Positions 1 to 11,821 of a stretch of 64,000 bases of DNA are shown piece after piece. The first letter of the stretch is position 1. Each line of letters starts with the position of its first letter. The position numbers were made by a program, and so were the translations under genes. The notes below the pieces were generated by a model that saw only the letters and a list, made by a program, of their open reading frames with translations, had not been told where the DNA came from and did no database searches. The stretch is from the human T2T-CHM13v2.0 reference genome, Homo sapiens, in the NCBI GenBank assembly GCA_009914755.4, contig CP068257.2, positions 28,960,001 to 29,024,000 of the forward strand. Reading direction: 5' to 3'.

Positions 1-54
1 ACACATTTAATCCACAAGAGAAATCTTGGTGTTTGTATCTTATTTATTGTCCAA

Positions 55-1850
55 AATTTTTTTCTTTGATTTTTTGCTTTTATCGTTATTTTTTTCAACT
101 CTTATTTTAGGTTCAAGGGTTATATGTGTATATTTGTTACATGGGTGAATTGCATGCCACTGAGGTAATATGTGAAAGGTAGTTTTTCAACCCTTACCAC
201 CCCCCACCATCCCCACTCCAAGAGTCCCAGTGTCTATTGCTTTCATGTTTATATACATGTGCACTCAATTTTTAGCTCCTACTTATAAGTGAAAACCTGT
301 GGTATTTGATTTTCTGTTCCTGCATTAATGTGCTTAGGATAATCACCTCCAGCTGCATCCATGGTGCTGCAAAGAATATGATTTCCACTCTTTGTTGTGG
401 CTACATAGTATTCCATGGTGCACATGAAACACATTATCTTTTGTCAACTATTGTTAGACATCTGGGTTGATTCCATGTCTTTGCTCTTGTGAATAGCACA
501 GCGATGAACAGACAAGTGCATGTTTCTTTTTGGTAGAACAATTTTTTTTTCTTTGGGTATATACCCAGTAATGGGATTGCTGGGTCAAATGGTAGTTCTG
601 CTTTAAGTTCTTTGAGAAATCTCCAGATGCTTTCCAGAGTGACTGGAATAATTTAATATTCTCATCACCAGTGTATAAGCATTCTCTTTTCTCCACAACC
701 TCACCAACACGTTTTAGTTTTTGACTTTTTTAATAGTAACTATTTTGACTGGTCACTAATGTTATGCATTAACATATATATTTGTTATATATAACAAATA
801 TATGACAAATATATATGTAACACATATATAATTTATATATGTATTTGTTGTATATAACAAATATATAAAAATATATTTGTTGGCTGATTTTATAGTCTTT
901 TGAGAAGTGCCTGCTCATGCCTTTTGCCCATGTTTTAAGGGGTTATTTGGTTTTTGCTTGTTGATTTGCTTAGGATCCCTATGGATTCTGGATATTAGAC
1001 TTTTGTTGGATGCAGAGTTTGTAAATAATTCCTCCCATTCTGTAGCTATATGTTTACTCTGTAGACAGTTTCTTTTGCTGTGCAGAAGCACTTTAGTTTA
1101 ATTAGGTCCACTTCTGTTTTTGTTGCAATTGCTTTTGAGAACTTAGCCAAAAATTATTTGCCAAAGCCTATGTCCAGAATCATATTTCCTAGGTTTTCTT
1201 CTAGGATTTTTATAGTTTTAGGTCTCACATTTAGATCTTTAACCCATCTTGAGTTAATTTTTGTATATGGAGGAATGTAGGTCACCAATTTAAATTTTCT
1301 GCATGTGGTTAGTCAGTTATCCCATCACCATTTATTGAATAGGAAGTCCTTTCCCCATTGCTTGGTCATTATCAACTTTGTCGAAGTTTAGATGGTTGTA
1401 GGTGTGTGGCTTTATTTCTGTGTTGTCTATCCTATTACATTGGTCTATGCATCAATTTTTATACCAGTATCATGCTGTTTTGGTTACTATATCCTTCCAG
1501 CATAGTTTGAAGTTGGGTAGTGTGATGCCTCTAGCTTGGTTATTTTTCCTTAGAAAAGAAAGGAAAGGCTCTTCTTTGATTCCACATAAATTTTAGAGTA
1601 GATTTTCCTTATTCTGTGAAAAATGATTTTAGTAGTTTTATAGAAGTGACATTGAGTCTGTAGATTGCTTTTGGCAGTATGGACGTATTAATGATACTGA
1701 TTCTTCCCATACAAGAGCATGCAATGTTTTTTCATTTGTTTGTATCACTTATTATTTCTTTCAGCAATATTTTGCGAGATCTTTCACCTTCTTGATTAAA
1801 TGTGTTCCCAGATATTTTATTTTGTAGGTTGTAAATCTGTTTGTCCTACA
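55..1850 (-). mobile_element. LINE-1 of an older primate L1PA/L1PB type: ORF2 3' part plus 3'UTR. Its sense strand is the minus strand.
   Basis: Its poly(A) tail appears as a T-rich tract at about 60-110. The antisense L1 signature '...gggtatatacccagtaatgggattgctgggtcaaatgg...' is present. The minus-strand ORFs at 454..696 and elsewhere encode the ORF2 C-terminus. An AT-rich tandem repeat interrupts the element at 730-890. Confidence 0.75.
730..890. repeat. AT-rich, TATATG/TAACAAATATATA-type tandem repeat embedded in the L1.
   Basis: Visible repeats of the unit 'atatatttgttatatataacaaatatat'. Confidence 0.6.
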
Positions 1851-4314
1851 CGATGGGTCATAATAATTGGATAAAAGCAGCGTTTTCAGGTATACACTGA
1901 AAGTTTCAGGGTCTCACAATGAAGCAATCAAGGTGTTGGTCAGGTCTGCAGTTTTATTTGAGGTTCTCCTGAGGAAGGACCCACTTCCGAGCGCATGTAC
2001 TTGTTGGCTGAATTCAGTTCCTTGTGGTTGAATAATTGCAGGTCTCAGCCCTGACTGTTGGCTGCGGGTGTTTGCATGCTGTCTGCTGGAGAACCCAAGA
2101 GGCTTCCTTAGTTCCCTACAATGTGGGTTGCTAAATATGGTCATTTGCTTTCTCAAATCAAAGAATAGAGGGAGAGAGAGATTCTAACAAGATGGATGCT
2201 GCAATCTTTTGTGGCAATAACATACAATCATATATATATACATGTATCTGCATATTCAGTCACCTTTACTATATGCTATTTGGTTGAACCAAGTCACAGG
2301 CCTTGCTCACACTCAAGGACAGGAGATCACATGAGGGCATTGAACATCAATGAATAGAAACCATGGAGCCACCTTAGTAGTCTGCCCACCACTGAAATAA
2401 ATGTTGTACATCCTTCATCATAGAAATTATGATGGTAGACTTTCCTGATAAATATGAATCTGGGGCATTTTTACAAGACATTTCTTTAATGATTTTCTGT
2501 ATTTTTTCTAAGGAAATTAGTCCCTTTGTCAATTTCTAAATCCAGAGTTATCAGTTTTGGTAATATGCATCCCCCTAGATTTTTTTTTACAACTAGGTTT
2601 TCAAATTTATGTTCATGAAGATCTGTGAAGTATTCTCGTATAATTTTTAAAGTTTCTTCTGTTTCAGTATTTGTTTCTTGCTTTTGTATGTGCTTTTTCT
2701 CTTTTTTCTTAAGAACATTAGCAAGTGGTTTATAAATGTTAATTATTTCAAATAACAGTGTTTGGAATCATCTTAAAGTGTATTTTTGTTTTCAAATTTC
2801 CATGGATTTTTAATTTTTACTATTATCTTACTTGAAAATCTGTTAATGCAGTAGATATTATGTTACATGTTCTTATCACAAAACAAAGCAATAATAATAG
2901 AGAGTGTGGGAGGAAACTTTTGGTCGTCATGGATATGTTTATAACATAGATTGAGATGATGCCTTCACAGATGTATATTTATCTCCAAACTCACCATATG
3001 GTATATATTAAGTACATACAGCTTATTATATGTCAATAATACTTCAATAAAGTGGTTTAAAGACTCTTAGTATAATACATCTAAAAACTATTGTAATATT
3101 TAAAAATAAATTATAGTATTTGCCATAAGTCTACATATAGTATAAAATGGATATTAATCCATTAAATAAAAATAATAATCTTGAGAGTATTTCTTCTTGA
3201 CATATTGACAAGATTGGATGAGAAAAAATGCCAATAGATTAGAATTTTATATAAGAAAGATAAACACCTAGGGAGAAGATTGAAGGAATTTGAAGTAGAA
3301 CATCACCAACGTGTAACCAGGATCCGTCACAACAAACATGTACAGAAAGGCCTGTTACATGGTATTGGAAATGACTACCTTCACTTGCTCACACTAGATG
3401 ATCACCCTTGAAAGTGATGGGTATTGCTAAACAGGCAAAATAAAATTAGAAGTATTAACACTTTTTCTTTACAATTGTTTGTATGCAAAAGATTTAGCAT
3501 ATCTACGCAAAAGTTCTGATGGAACAAATCTTTATCCTAAGTAGTAGATCATTCTTTTTAAGGGTAAAACCATATGAAATAAGTAGCTATGAAAATCAAA
3601 GGATCAGTCTAGGCACTCACAATGAGCCTACTTTTCAAAAATAGTACTGTTGCAAAAGGAAGAAAACCTCTTCAACACATTTTTTTCAAATTCTAAAATG
3701 TATAATATTTGAGAGCCCTGAAATGCATAGAGCTACAGCAACTATATAAGCAATTATTAAAATCTAAAAAGAGGCAATAGGTATTTGTCATGATAAAGTT
3801 AATTTAAAGAAAAAAATGCTGAAGGGACAAAAGTTAATAAGAGATGAGATGGGGAAAAGGGATTGAGAAATTTTCCTAGAATTTGGAGAAAAGGCATAAA
3901 AAGATTGTGCCAAAAAGTAAGAGATGTGCATGAAAGATTATAAACGTCTAATGTGTGAGCTGAAATTTCGTAAATAGAGTGGTCAGTATAAATTTAAAAA
4001 GCAGAGAAAAGTGGAATGGAAGATTTTCGTTGGGTAAAGAGGTAAAAAACAAAATTGTTCTTCAGATAATTTTAATTTAAGTCAATAACATTAAATAACA
4101 GTAATAACTAAGCCTATCCCGGGAGATAACTTTGCATTTAGTGGTTAAACAATCCCTGCAATTATCTAGAGTCAAAGAAAATAAATACTTTAGATGAATC
4201 TACAAAGAGACAACAAACAGGTGGGTATGAAATATCTCTTTTGCCACACCTGCCAATGAGAAAGTTACTCCATTCTCTTTACTTCTATCTATTCAGCTCT
4301 AAAATGGGGATAAG

Positions 4315-4921
<607 letters not shown>

Positions 4922-5625
4922 TAACACATCATGCATTCATTCTGAGGCTCATTTGAGATGATGTACGTTAAAAACTTGGCACAGTGATTGCTCTATGCTA
5001 AACGGCTAATAAATGCTACTTAATTATGGTTATTTAGATTATAAATTATTTATGTAGAGTTGTGATATGAACTACATAGAACAAGTTTGACAGTAAATGA
5101 TTTTCATACGCAAATAATCAACCCATAAATGATGCACGGTTTTCTGCTCTGTTCATGCTCGGTTTTCTATTCTATTGAAGCAGTGATAACATGGGTTACG
5201 TTGAGACATTGTTAGGTTAACATAAATTGGGAAGAAAGCTAAAAAGATAAATACTGGATACTAATGAAAAGAAAATCAGGATGGTAATTCCAGATTGAAA
5301 AAGTGTATTAGGAAAACAGAAAATAAGTTCCTGCATGAAAATCAAAAAGCAAGATCTATAACAGCATCATCTTGATGAGAGACCACAGGAGTTCATAGGA
5401 TGAATTTTACATTATTTTAATTTTCATGCATTAAATGCAGAAAAGGAAGTTGAAAATACTAGATCCAGAGGGTACTGGGGGTGGGAGGGTCAGTCTTCAG
5501 ATAAATCACATCAGAAACTTTTAATATAAGATAATCTTCATCCAGCCCCGAGCTCAGAGCATACGGGGTTCAGAATTGGTGAATCCCGATGTCACAGGAT
5601 AGAGGATGAGTCTCCCACGGTGTCC

Positions 5626-5814
5626 TCAATAGTAGTAGCCAGAGCCGCATCCATAGCCACAGCCACAGAAGAAGCGGGAGCCGTAGCCATGACCATAGCC
5701 ACAGCAGGAGCTATAGCCACAGCGCAGGCTTCCATAGCCATAGCCTAGGCCTTCGTATCCACAGCACCCATAGCCATGGTCGCCGTAGTAGTTTCCGTAG
5801 TAGCTGCCGCACAT
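5626..5814 (-). CDS. KRTAP6-2: High glycine-tyrosine keratin-associated protein, 62 aa ([62 protein letters not shown]). Single exon. The stop codon TGA at 5626-5628 is included.
   Basis: Internal Met of the 118-aa minus-strand ORF 5626..5982; the ATG is the reverse complement of 'cat' at 5812-5814. A TATA box lies about 80 bp upstream on the minus strand. The Gly/Tyr/Cys repeat composition is typical of the KAP6 family. Its position next to KRTAP22-1 and KRTAP6-1 matches the known chr21q22.1 gene order. Confidence 0.85.
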   Translation of the reverse strand: MCGSYYGNYYGDHGYGCCGYEGLGYGYGSLRCGYSSCCGYGHGYGSRFFCGCGYGCGSGYYY

Positions 5815-5890
5815 CGTGATGGTTGTGGAGGTTGTCCTTGGGTAGGAAGGAGTGTAGGTGACTTCAGTATGGATACTTCCTGTAGAAGTC

Positions 5891-5900
5891 CTTTTATATG
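5891..5900 (-). promoter_or_regulatory. TATA box (minus-strand CATATAAAAG) for KRTAP6-2.
   Basis: 'cttttatatg' on the plus strand is the reverse complement of CATATAAAAG. It lies about 80 bp 5' of the ATG, and the same element occurs at the homologous position of KRTAP6-1. Confidence 0.7.
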
Positions 5901-7417
5901 CCTCAGGATGGGAATGATCCAGCAGAGGTAGCATACCACTGGCTAATTTTTTGACTAATATAATTAGTTTGTTTTTTCTCAATTGTAAGATAATGCTGCA
6001 GAGGTATTAAGGAGGCTTGTTTTGTTTGGCCTTGCAATTTGGGCTCCCCTTATCTGATTGAGGGCTCTGATGAAAGGAGACCTCACACACTCACACTCAT
6101 ATAATCCTGCCTCAAACTAGACTTTCTATAGCCATCCTTTACATCAAGAAAGACTTTTGTTAGTTACACTCTTATTTGCTCTAGGCCCCAATTAATTGTA
6201 CTCTTTTGCACAACATTCAGCAAACAATAACTTTGCCCTTTTAGTATTTCTTCTCTCTTTATCCAAATAATACTTTTTTCAGGGATTTAGTGTCTTTTCT
6301 ATACTAAAGCCATGATGTTGATAATAATTCAACTAATTAAAAATTCTAGAAAACCAGATCTGAGAAAAATTTGTTGTATTTTTCTACTTATACCAGTGAG
6401 TCTAATTTTCCTTTATGTTCAACCTCTACGGAAGAACAAGAAAATGTAAGTTATTTTCTTGATTTATAAAAGAATTAATAAGTGACCAAGTCAATGAAAT
6501 GGAACAATAGTTTTATATTCTCTTTTAACTTCTTATCTTAAAATAATCTCAGGCATAGAGATAGTTGTCAAAATAGTATAGAAAATTTCCATATATCCAT
6601 CATTCAACATCCCTAATATTAATATCTTTCATAACCATAATCCACTTATCACACCAAAGAAATTAACTGTGTACAGTATTCTTAACTAAACTGCAGACTT
6701 TATTTTACCATTTTTCTGTTATTATTAACTTATTTTATTTTAAGTTCTAGGACCATGGTTCATTGTAGCACTATTCACATATTTATTTTAATGTTCTTTT
6801 TTTCTGTTCTTGGATCCAATTCACATTGCATTTGGTTTTTATACTTCTTAGTCACCTCCAATTGCTCATGGTTCATTCGTCTTTTCTTGGCTTTTATGAC
6901 CTTACAATTTTAGAGAGCCAGATATTTTGTGGAATATTCCCCAATTGAATCTGTCTAAGGTTTCCTCATATGTAGATTGAGGTTATACATTTGGGAAGAG
7001 ATGTAACTCTTGTCTTGTGCCATCTCAGGGAGTCATGATGCCAATAAATCTTTGAGTAATTCTGGAATTGTTTTAAAATTCAGATTTTTAATAGAAGTCC
7101 TTTTCTTACTATATACCCAGAATCAACGAAGTCAAAAATCAAAGTCTTTGCCACGGTTTAGAATCATATATAAAATGATAGCTACATGTGAAGTATAAAC
7201 CAAAGAGAATGATATTGCTCCACAAAAAGTGATGAAACACCTTATCACTCAACATTTTACAAGTGAATGCTGCCACCATGACTTCTCTTACACGCTTATC
7301 ATCCTTCCTTATCACTTTGGAGCTACACTCTTATTCCCAAGTCTGCATATATGTATTTAGGCTGAAGGATATTATTGGGTGAAAGTAGGATTTTTAAAAA
7401 ATGGAAGCCATCACGTC

Positions 7418-7697
7418 CATAACCCCAGGCTTTGGGAGGCCGAGGCGGGCGGATCTTGAGGTCAGGAGATCAAGACCATCCTGGCCAACATGGTGAAACC
7501 CCATCTCTACTAAAAATACAAAAATTAGCTGGGCGTGGTGGCACGCACCAGCTATTCATAAGGCTGAGGCAGAGAATCCAGGAGAATCACTTGAAACCAG
7601 GAGGTGGAGGTTGCAGTGAGATTGTGCCACTGCACTCCAGCCAGGCAACAGAGCTAGTCTCTGTCTCACAACAACAACAACAACAACAACAAAAAGT
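7418..7697 (+). mobile_element. Alu, sense orientation and 5'-truncated, with a (CAA)n tail.
   Basis: Reads '...cccaggctttgggaggccgaggcgggcggatcttgaggtcaggagatcaagaccatcctggccaacatggtgaaacccc...' and ends in 'caacaacaacaacaacaacaacaaaaag'. Confidence 0.85.
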
Positions 7698-7964
7698 GGA
7701 AGCCATGTGGGTTACTCTTGGTTGCTGGTAATGTAGTTTAAATTTGACATCTGAAATAAATGAGTCATCAAAATAGGAGATGGATCTCTTATTAAAGGTA
7801 CATTATTTCATTATATTCAACATTCCTGAGAAACAGCAAAGTTGTCTTGGATGTATTGGTTACAAGGAATATTTTAGATGGTTTCAATGCTAATTAGTGT
7901 GGAATGTGAATCTAACAGTGCCTGTGATTTGTCCCACATACCATTCATGTGGCATTTAAGGCCC

Positions 7965-7974
7965 TTATTATAAG
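7965..7974 (+). promoter_or_regulatory. TATA-like element (TTATTATAAG) for KRTAP22-1.
   Basis: About 90 bp upstream of the ATG at 8061, followed by a short tandem 'AAACTTAAAACTCTA' duplication in the presumptive 5'UTR. Confidence 0.5.
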
Positions 7975-8060
7975 CTTAAAACTTTAAACTTAAAACTCTA
8001 TAAACTTAAAACTCTAGAATCTGATCCTGCTATACAACTGAGCCTACCTTTCTTGAAACC

Positions 8061-8207
8061 ATGAGCTTTGATAACAACTACCATGGTGGCCAGGGCTATG
8101 CCAAAGGAGGCCTGGGCTGCAGCTATGGCTGTGGTCATAGCGGCTATGGCTATGCCTGCTACTGCCCATGGTGTTATGAAAGATCTTGGTTTTCTGGCTG
8201 CTTCTGA
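8061..8207 (+). CDS. KRTAP22-1: High glycine-tyrosine keratin-associated protein, 48 aa (MSFDNNYHGGQGYAKGGLGCSYGCGHSGYGYACYCPWCYERSWFSGCF). Single exon, stop TGA at 8205-8207.
   Basis: Translated by hand from the ATG at 8061. The ORF is below the 60-aa track threshold, and the track instead shows a spurious overlapping 78-aa ORF in another frame. The YCPWCY C-terminal motif and Gly/Tyr repeats match KAP22.1. Confidence 0.8.
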   Translation: MSFDNNYHGGQGYAKGGLGCSYGCGHSGYGYACYCPWCYERSWFSGCF

Positions 8208-8540
8208 GAAATTAGAGATTGCTGATCTGTTTAGGCCATTCTCTTATGAGCTATGTTTTCTTCCCGTGTTTTTTTCTGTTCAAAGAGTGACAACTAAAAT
8301 TTAGCTCACATTGCCAAGTCAGAATTTATTTGATCAATTAGCTGGAATTTCCAACAATTTAATCAAACGAAAAAAGAACCTTTGATGTTGTGTTACTAGT
8401 ATATGATTAAGTACAAATAATGTTAAGCATTTTCATTTGGGAAAAAGTCTAAATTTATTTTTCTTCAAAGGTAATTTATTTTGCAAACCTACAGCATTTT
8501 CCTACCTATATTTATTTATCTAGAGTACCTATATTATTTG

Positions 8541-8556
8541 TGATTGTGTGTGTGTG
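8541..8556. repeat. (TG)n microsatellite.
   Basis: Sequence 'tgtgtgtgtgtgtgtg'. Confidence 0.7.
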
Positions 8557-10412
8557 TTCAGGAGCACATATGTAAGGTTGCTGACCCATTGGAAACTTAC
8601 AGTTGATGATGTGGATGTGTTAGGTCTGACCAATAGTACTTTGATAAAATGTATTCTCATGGGCAGAGCCAAGTGGTACTATAATTTACTTTGATCTATC
8701 AAAGCCTCATCTTCAGTGTATCCAATGTTTGACTAAAATCATTGGCAAAAATAGTACCTCCCTTCTCATCACTTTATTCTGTTGCACATACATTACATTT
8801 CTTGATACTTAGTTGCATTTTTGGCTCTAGATAGCTGTAACTTTTTCTCTAAATCCTATATTATGGCTGTTTCTTTTAACTCTGAAAAAATATACTCTTG
8901 AACTCATCCTATGCCTGGTGGCTGCATAGACAGCACTTCCAAGTGTCAGTCCCATGTGGCCACAGAGAGTCCATCAAATTTAAGTATGTTTCTGTGAACC
9001 TTTTATCAAGGTCAATATCTGCTACCTCAGGTAATACTTTCTTCTTGAAGACACAAGTCTGACCCAAAATACAAGCTGAAAAATATAGACTTCAGTTTGC
9101 CAGCCGTGCTCAAGTTAAGCAAAGCTGTTCTTTATTCACTCTACTTATTATTTATCAGTCGACATTGATAAAAATATAAAGCAAAAATATCTTCTAATCT
9201 GTTAGTGACTAATGTTAACATTTGGAGTTTCTACAACTAATAAAATATTCATACAAAATTACTTTGTTAATGGCTATTATAGTATGAAGTTGGCTAAACT
9301 CTTAACTAGCTTCCAAATACATGATTTTTTAAAACATCTAGATGAAACAATAATAAAGAATTTTTTAAAATTCTTCATCAATTAAAGACAGACAACATAT
9401 AGAGCCGTATCACTCTGACATCTCCAAGTATTGACAGGCAGTGAAACTGAAGGGAGACTGAAGAAAGCATCTTTGTCACAGCCTTGGCTTTTGTCCTGCC
9501 ATAGTGGGCAGGAATCTTAGGAGTCAGATTCCCAGAATGTCCTATTTTAGCATGGTCAAAAAAGCCAGAGTAAGAACTCTGTAAAACCTGACTTTGGACT
9601 CAATAACCCATCATACTCAGAAAACTGCTCATCAAATATCAGGCCCTCATCAGACTTAGTATATACTTTAGAAAAATTAAAATATTTGGTAATTATCCTA
9701 AGGCCACACAGCAAATAAAGACACATTTATTCAAGAAAATCTACTAAATATAGGGTTAGTGAGAGACTTCATTCACTTGTTCACAATCAGCTCTTTTCGT
9801 ACTTCCTCCTCCAGCTCACCATGACAGACCCACCGCTCTGGGTAGTGAGACCAATTTATAGTGCTTCTTCTATCCCCATCTGAAGGGCTACAGTATCTCT
9901 CCTCTGTGTGCAGGTGATTAGCATATCTCATGTCCAGTTCTGTGTGGCAGTGGCTAAAGTCCAAGTGAATCTGACCAAGAGGTATGTGTCTCCATTCCTC
10001 TACCTTTTTCCCACTTGTAGTGCCAGGGATCTACCAAAGGCATGACAGGCCAGTTATCTTAAGCTTCTATCACTCTCTCCACCACCCTGATCATTCATAA
10101 GAGAGATTTTTCGTGACAGATATTGCAAGCTTAAAAAACTAGAAGCTACTGCCCAAACCCAGAGAGTGCTAGTAATGATGTTATGTCTCTATGAGAAAAT
10201 AAGCAAGTAGTTGTTCCTATTCCCAGTTCTGGAGTAGTTGCTTCAATATTTTGCACAGACAAAAGGCAAGCCATAAGAACATAGAGATCTGAATCTTTTC
10301 TCAAGTGAACTAGTTGATTTAGAAGAGTGTGTAGAAGATTTAACTTAAGTTTAGACTTTGAAACAATGGCGATTTTGGTGATAAGTAATTAAGAGAAAAC
10401 TGGTTTCACCAT

Positions 10413-10775
10413 GTGATATGGTTTGGCTGTGTTCCCACCCAAATATTACCTTGAATTGTAGCTCTCATAATTTCCATGTGTTTTGGGAGGGACCCATAGG
10501 GAGATAATTGAATCATGCGGGTGTTTTCCCCTATACTGTTCTCGTGGTAGTGAATAAGTCTCACAGGATCTGATGATTTTATAAGAGGTTTTCCTTTTCA
10601 CTTAGCTTTCATTCTCTCTTGCCTGCTGCCATGTAAGACGTGCCTTTTGCCTCCTGCCATGATTGTGAGGTCTCCCCAGCCATGTGAAACTGTGAGTTCA
10701 TTAAACCTCTTTTTCTTTATAAATTACCCAGTCTCGGGTATGTCTTTATCAGCAGTGTGAGAACGGACTAATATA
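10413..10775 (+). mobile_element. Solo MaLR LTR of THE1/MST type.
   Basis: Starts with 'TGATATGGTTTGGCTGTGTTCCCACCCAAAT...' and ends with '...CAGTGTGAGAACGGACTAATATA'. Confidence 0.75.
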
Positions 10776-10894
10776 CCCTGAAAGCAACCAACTAAACCAT
10801 AGGCCAGCAAGTGTATCAGAGAGAACCAGAAAAGATAGCCAGGAGAAGCCCTTCTGGGTTCAGAGCAGATTTCAGACTGGCCTCAAAAACTTTG

Positions 10895-11290
10895 ACAAAG
10901 AATTCAAATTTATTCATTTTTTCCAGCTTTATTGAGGTGTCATTGACAAATAAAAATGTATGTATTTAATATATACAATGTGATTTTATACACACACACA
11001 TATATATTAAAATAATTACCACAAACAACCTAATTAATATATCCATAACCTTACATGATTACCTTTTCCACCCCTGTGGTGAGTACCCTTAATATATACT
11101 CTGTTAGTAAACTGATAAGACACAGAGTAGTATGGTAGTTGCCAGGAATGGAAGTTGGGGGAATGGAAAATGTTATTCAAAGAGTATGAACCTTCAGTTA
11201 TAAGATGAATAAGTTCAAAATATCTAATATACAGCATAGCTACTATAAACAATAACTGTATTTTATACTAAAATTGTGTTATGAGTCTAA
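10895..11290. mobile_element. Ancient L1M 3'-end fragments in head-to-head arrangement. The last roughly 200 bp are antisense and the adjacent upstream roughly 170 bp are sense.
   Basis: 'ttttccagctttattgag...' is the reverse complement of the L1M 3' terminus '...ctcaataaagctggaaaa'. It is followed in sense orientation by '...ggtagttgccaggaatggaagttgggggaatgg...cagttataagatgaataagttc...acagcatagctactataaacaataactgtatt'. Confidence 0.45.
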
Positions 11291-11821
11291 ATTTAATTGA
11301 ATCAGATTGTGAAGCAATTTACATCCAAGAGCATTGTCAAAAATAATGACACAATCCCCTAAAAATTATTGTGCCTAACAGCTGAGTGTAATACCAACAA
11401 AGTCCAACTGCTTATCAGAGAGTGGAAGGAAAGAGAAAATCTAAGAGGGTTCAGACAAAACCTCAGAAATACAGTACACATGCTGTAGCTGTGCCTTTTA
11501 AGGAATAACATCAAAAGTTTCATGCTGAACTCAATAACATAGCCCAGCCTAGTCTCTAAGCAAATAAGGAAACAATAAGCTCTGGAGCAGGGGGGAGAGA
11601 ATATCTACAGTTTATAGAATATAAAATCTAAAATGTGCAGTTGAGAGAGAAAGAGAGAGAAGATGCAAGAAACAGGAAGATGTGACCCATATGCCAGTGA
11701 AAAATCAAGCAACAGAAACTGTCTCTGAGAGCATCCGGATGTTAGACATACCAGACAAATATTTTAGCCATTTATATATGTTCAAAGTACAAAAGGAAAC
11801 CATGCTTCAAGAAACAAATGA

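Noticed and set aside
1900-2160. Possible LTR/MER-like repeat ('tgaaagtttcagggtctcacaatgaag...ggtctcagccctgactgttggctgcgggtgtttgcatgc') next to the L1 end.
   Set aside because: I could not match it to a repeat family from memory. It is left unannotated rather than guessed.
5815-5982. N-terminal extension of the KRTAP6-2 ORF to 118 aa ([60 protein letters not shown]...). Likewise the 96-aa extended ORF over KRTAP20-2 (42109..42201).
   Set aside because: The extensions run through the TATA box and presumptive transcription start of each gene. The paralogues start at the internal MCGSYY or MCYYSNYY Met. The extension is open by chance.
8068-8304. 78-aa plus-strand ORF (MITTTMVARAMPKEAWAAAMAVVIAAMAM...) overlapping KRTAP22-1.
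   Set aside because: It is an off-frame reading of the KRTAP22-1 exon. The correct frame begins at the ATG at 8061 and gives the 48-aa KAP22.1 peptide.
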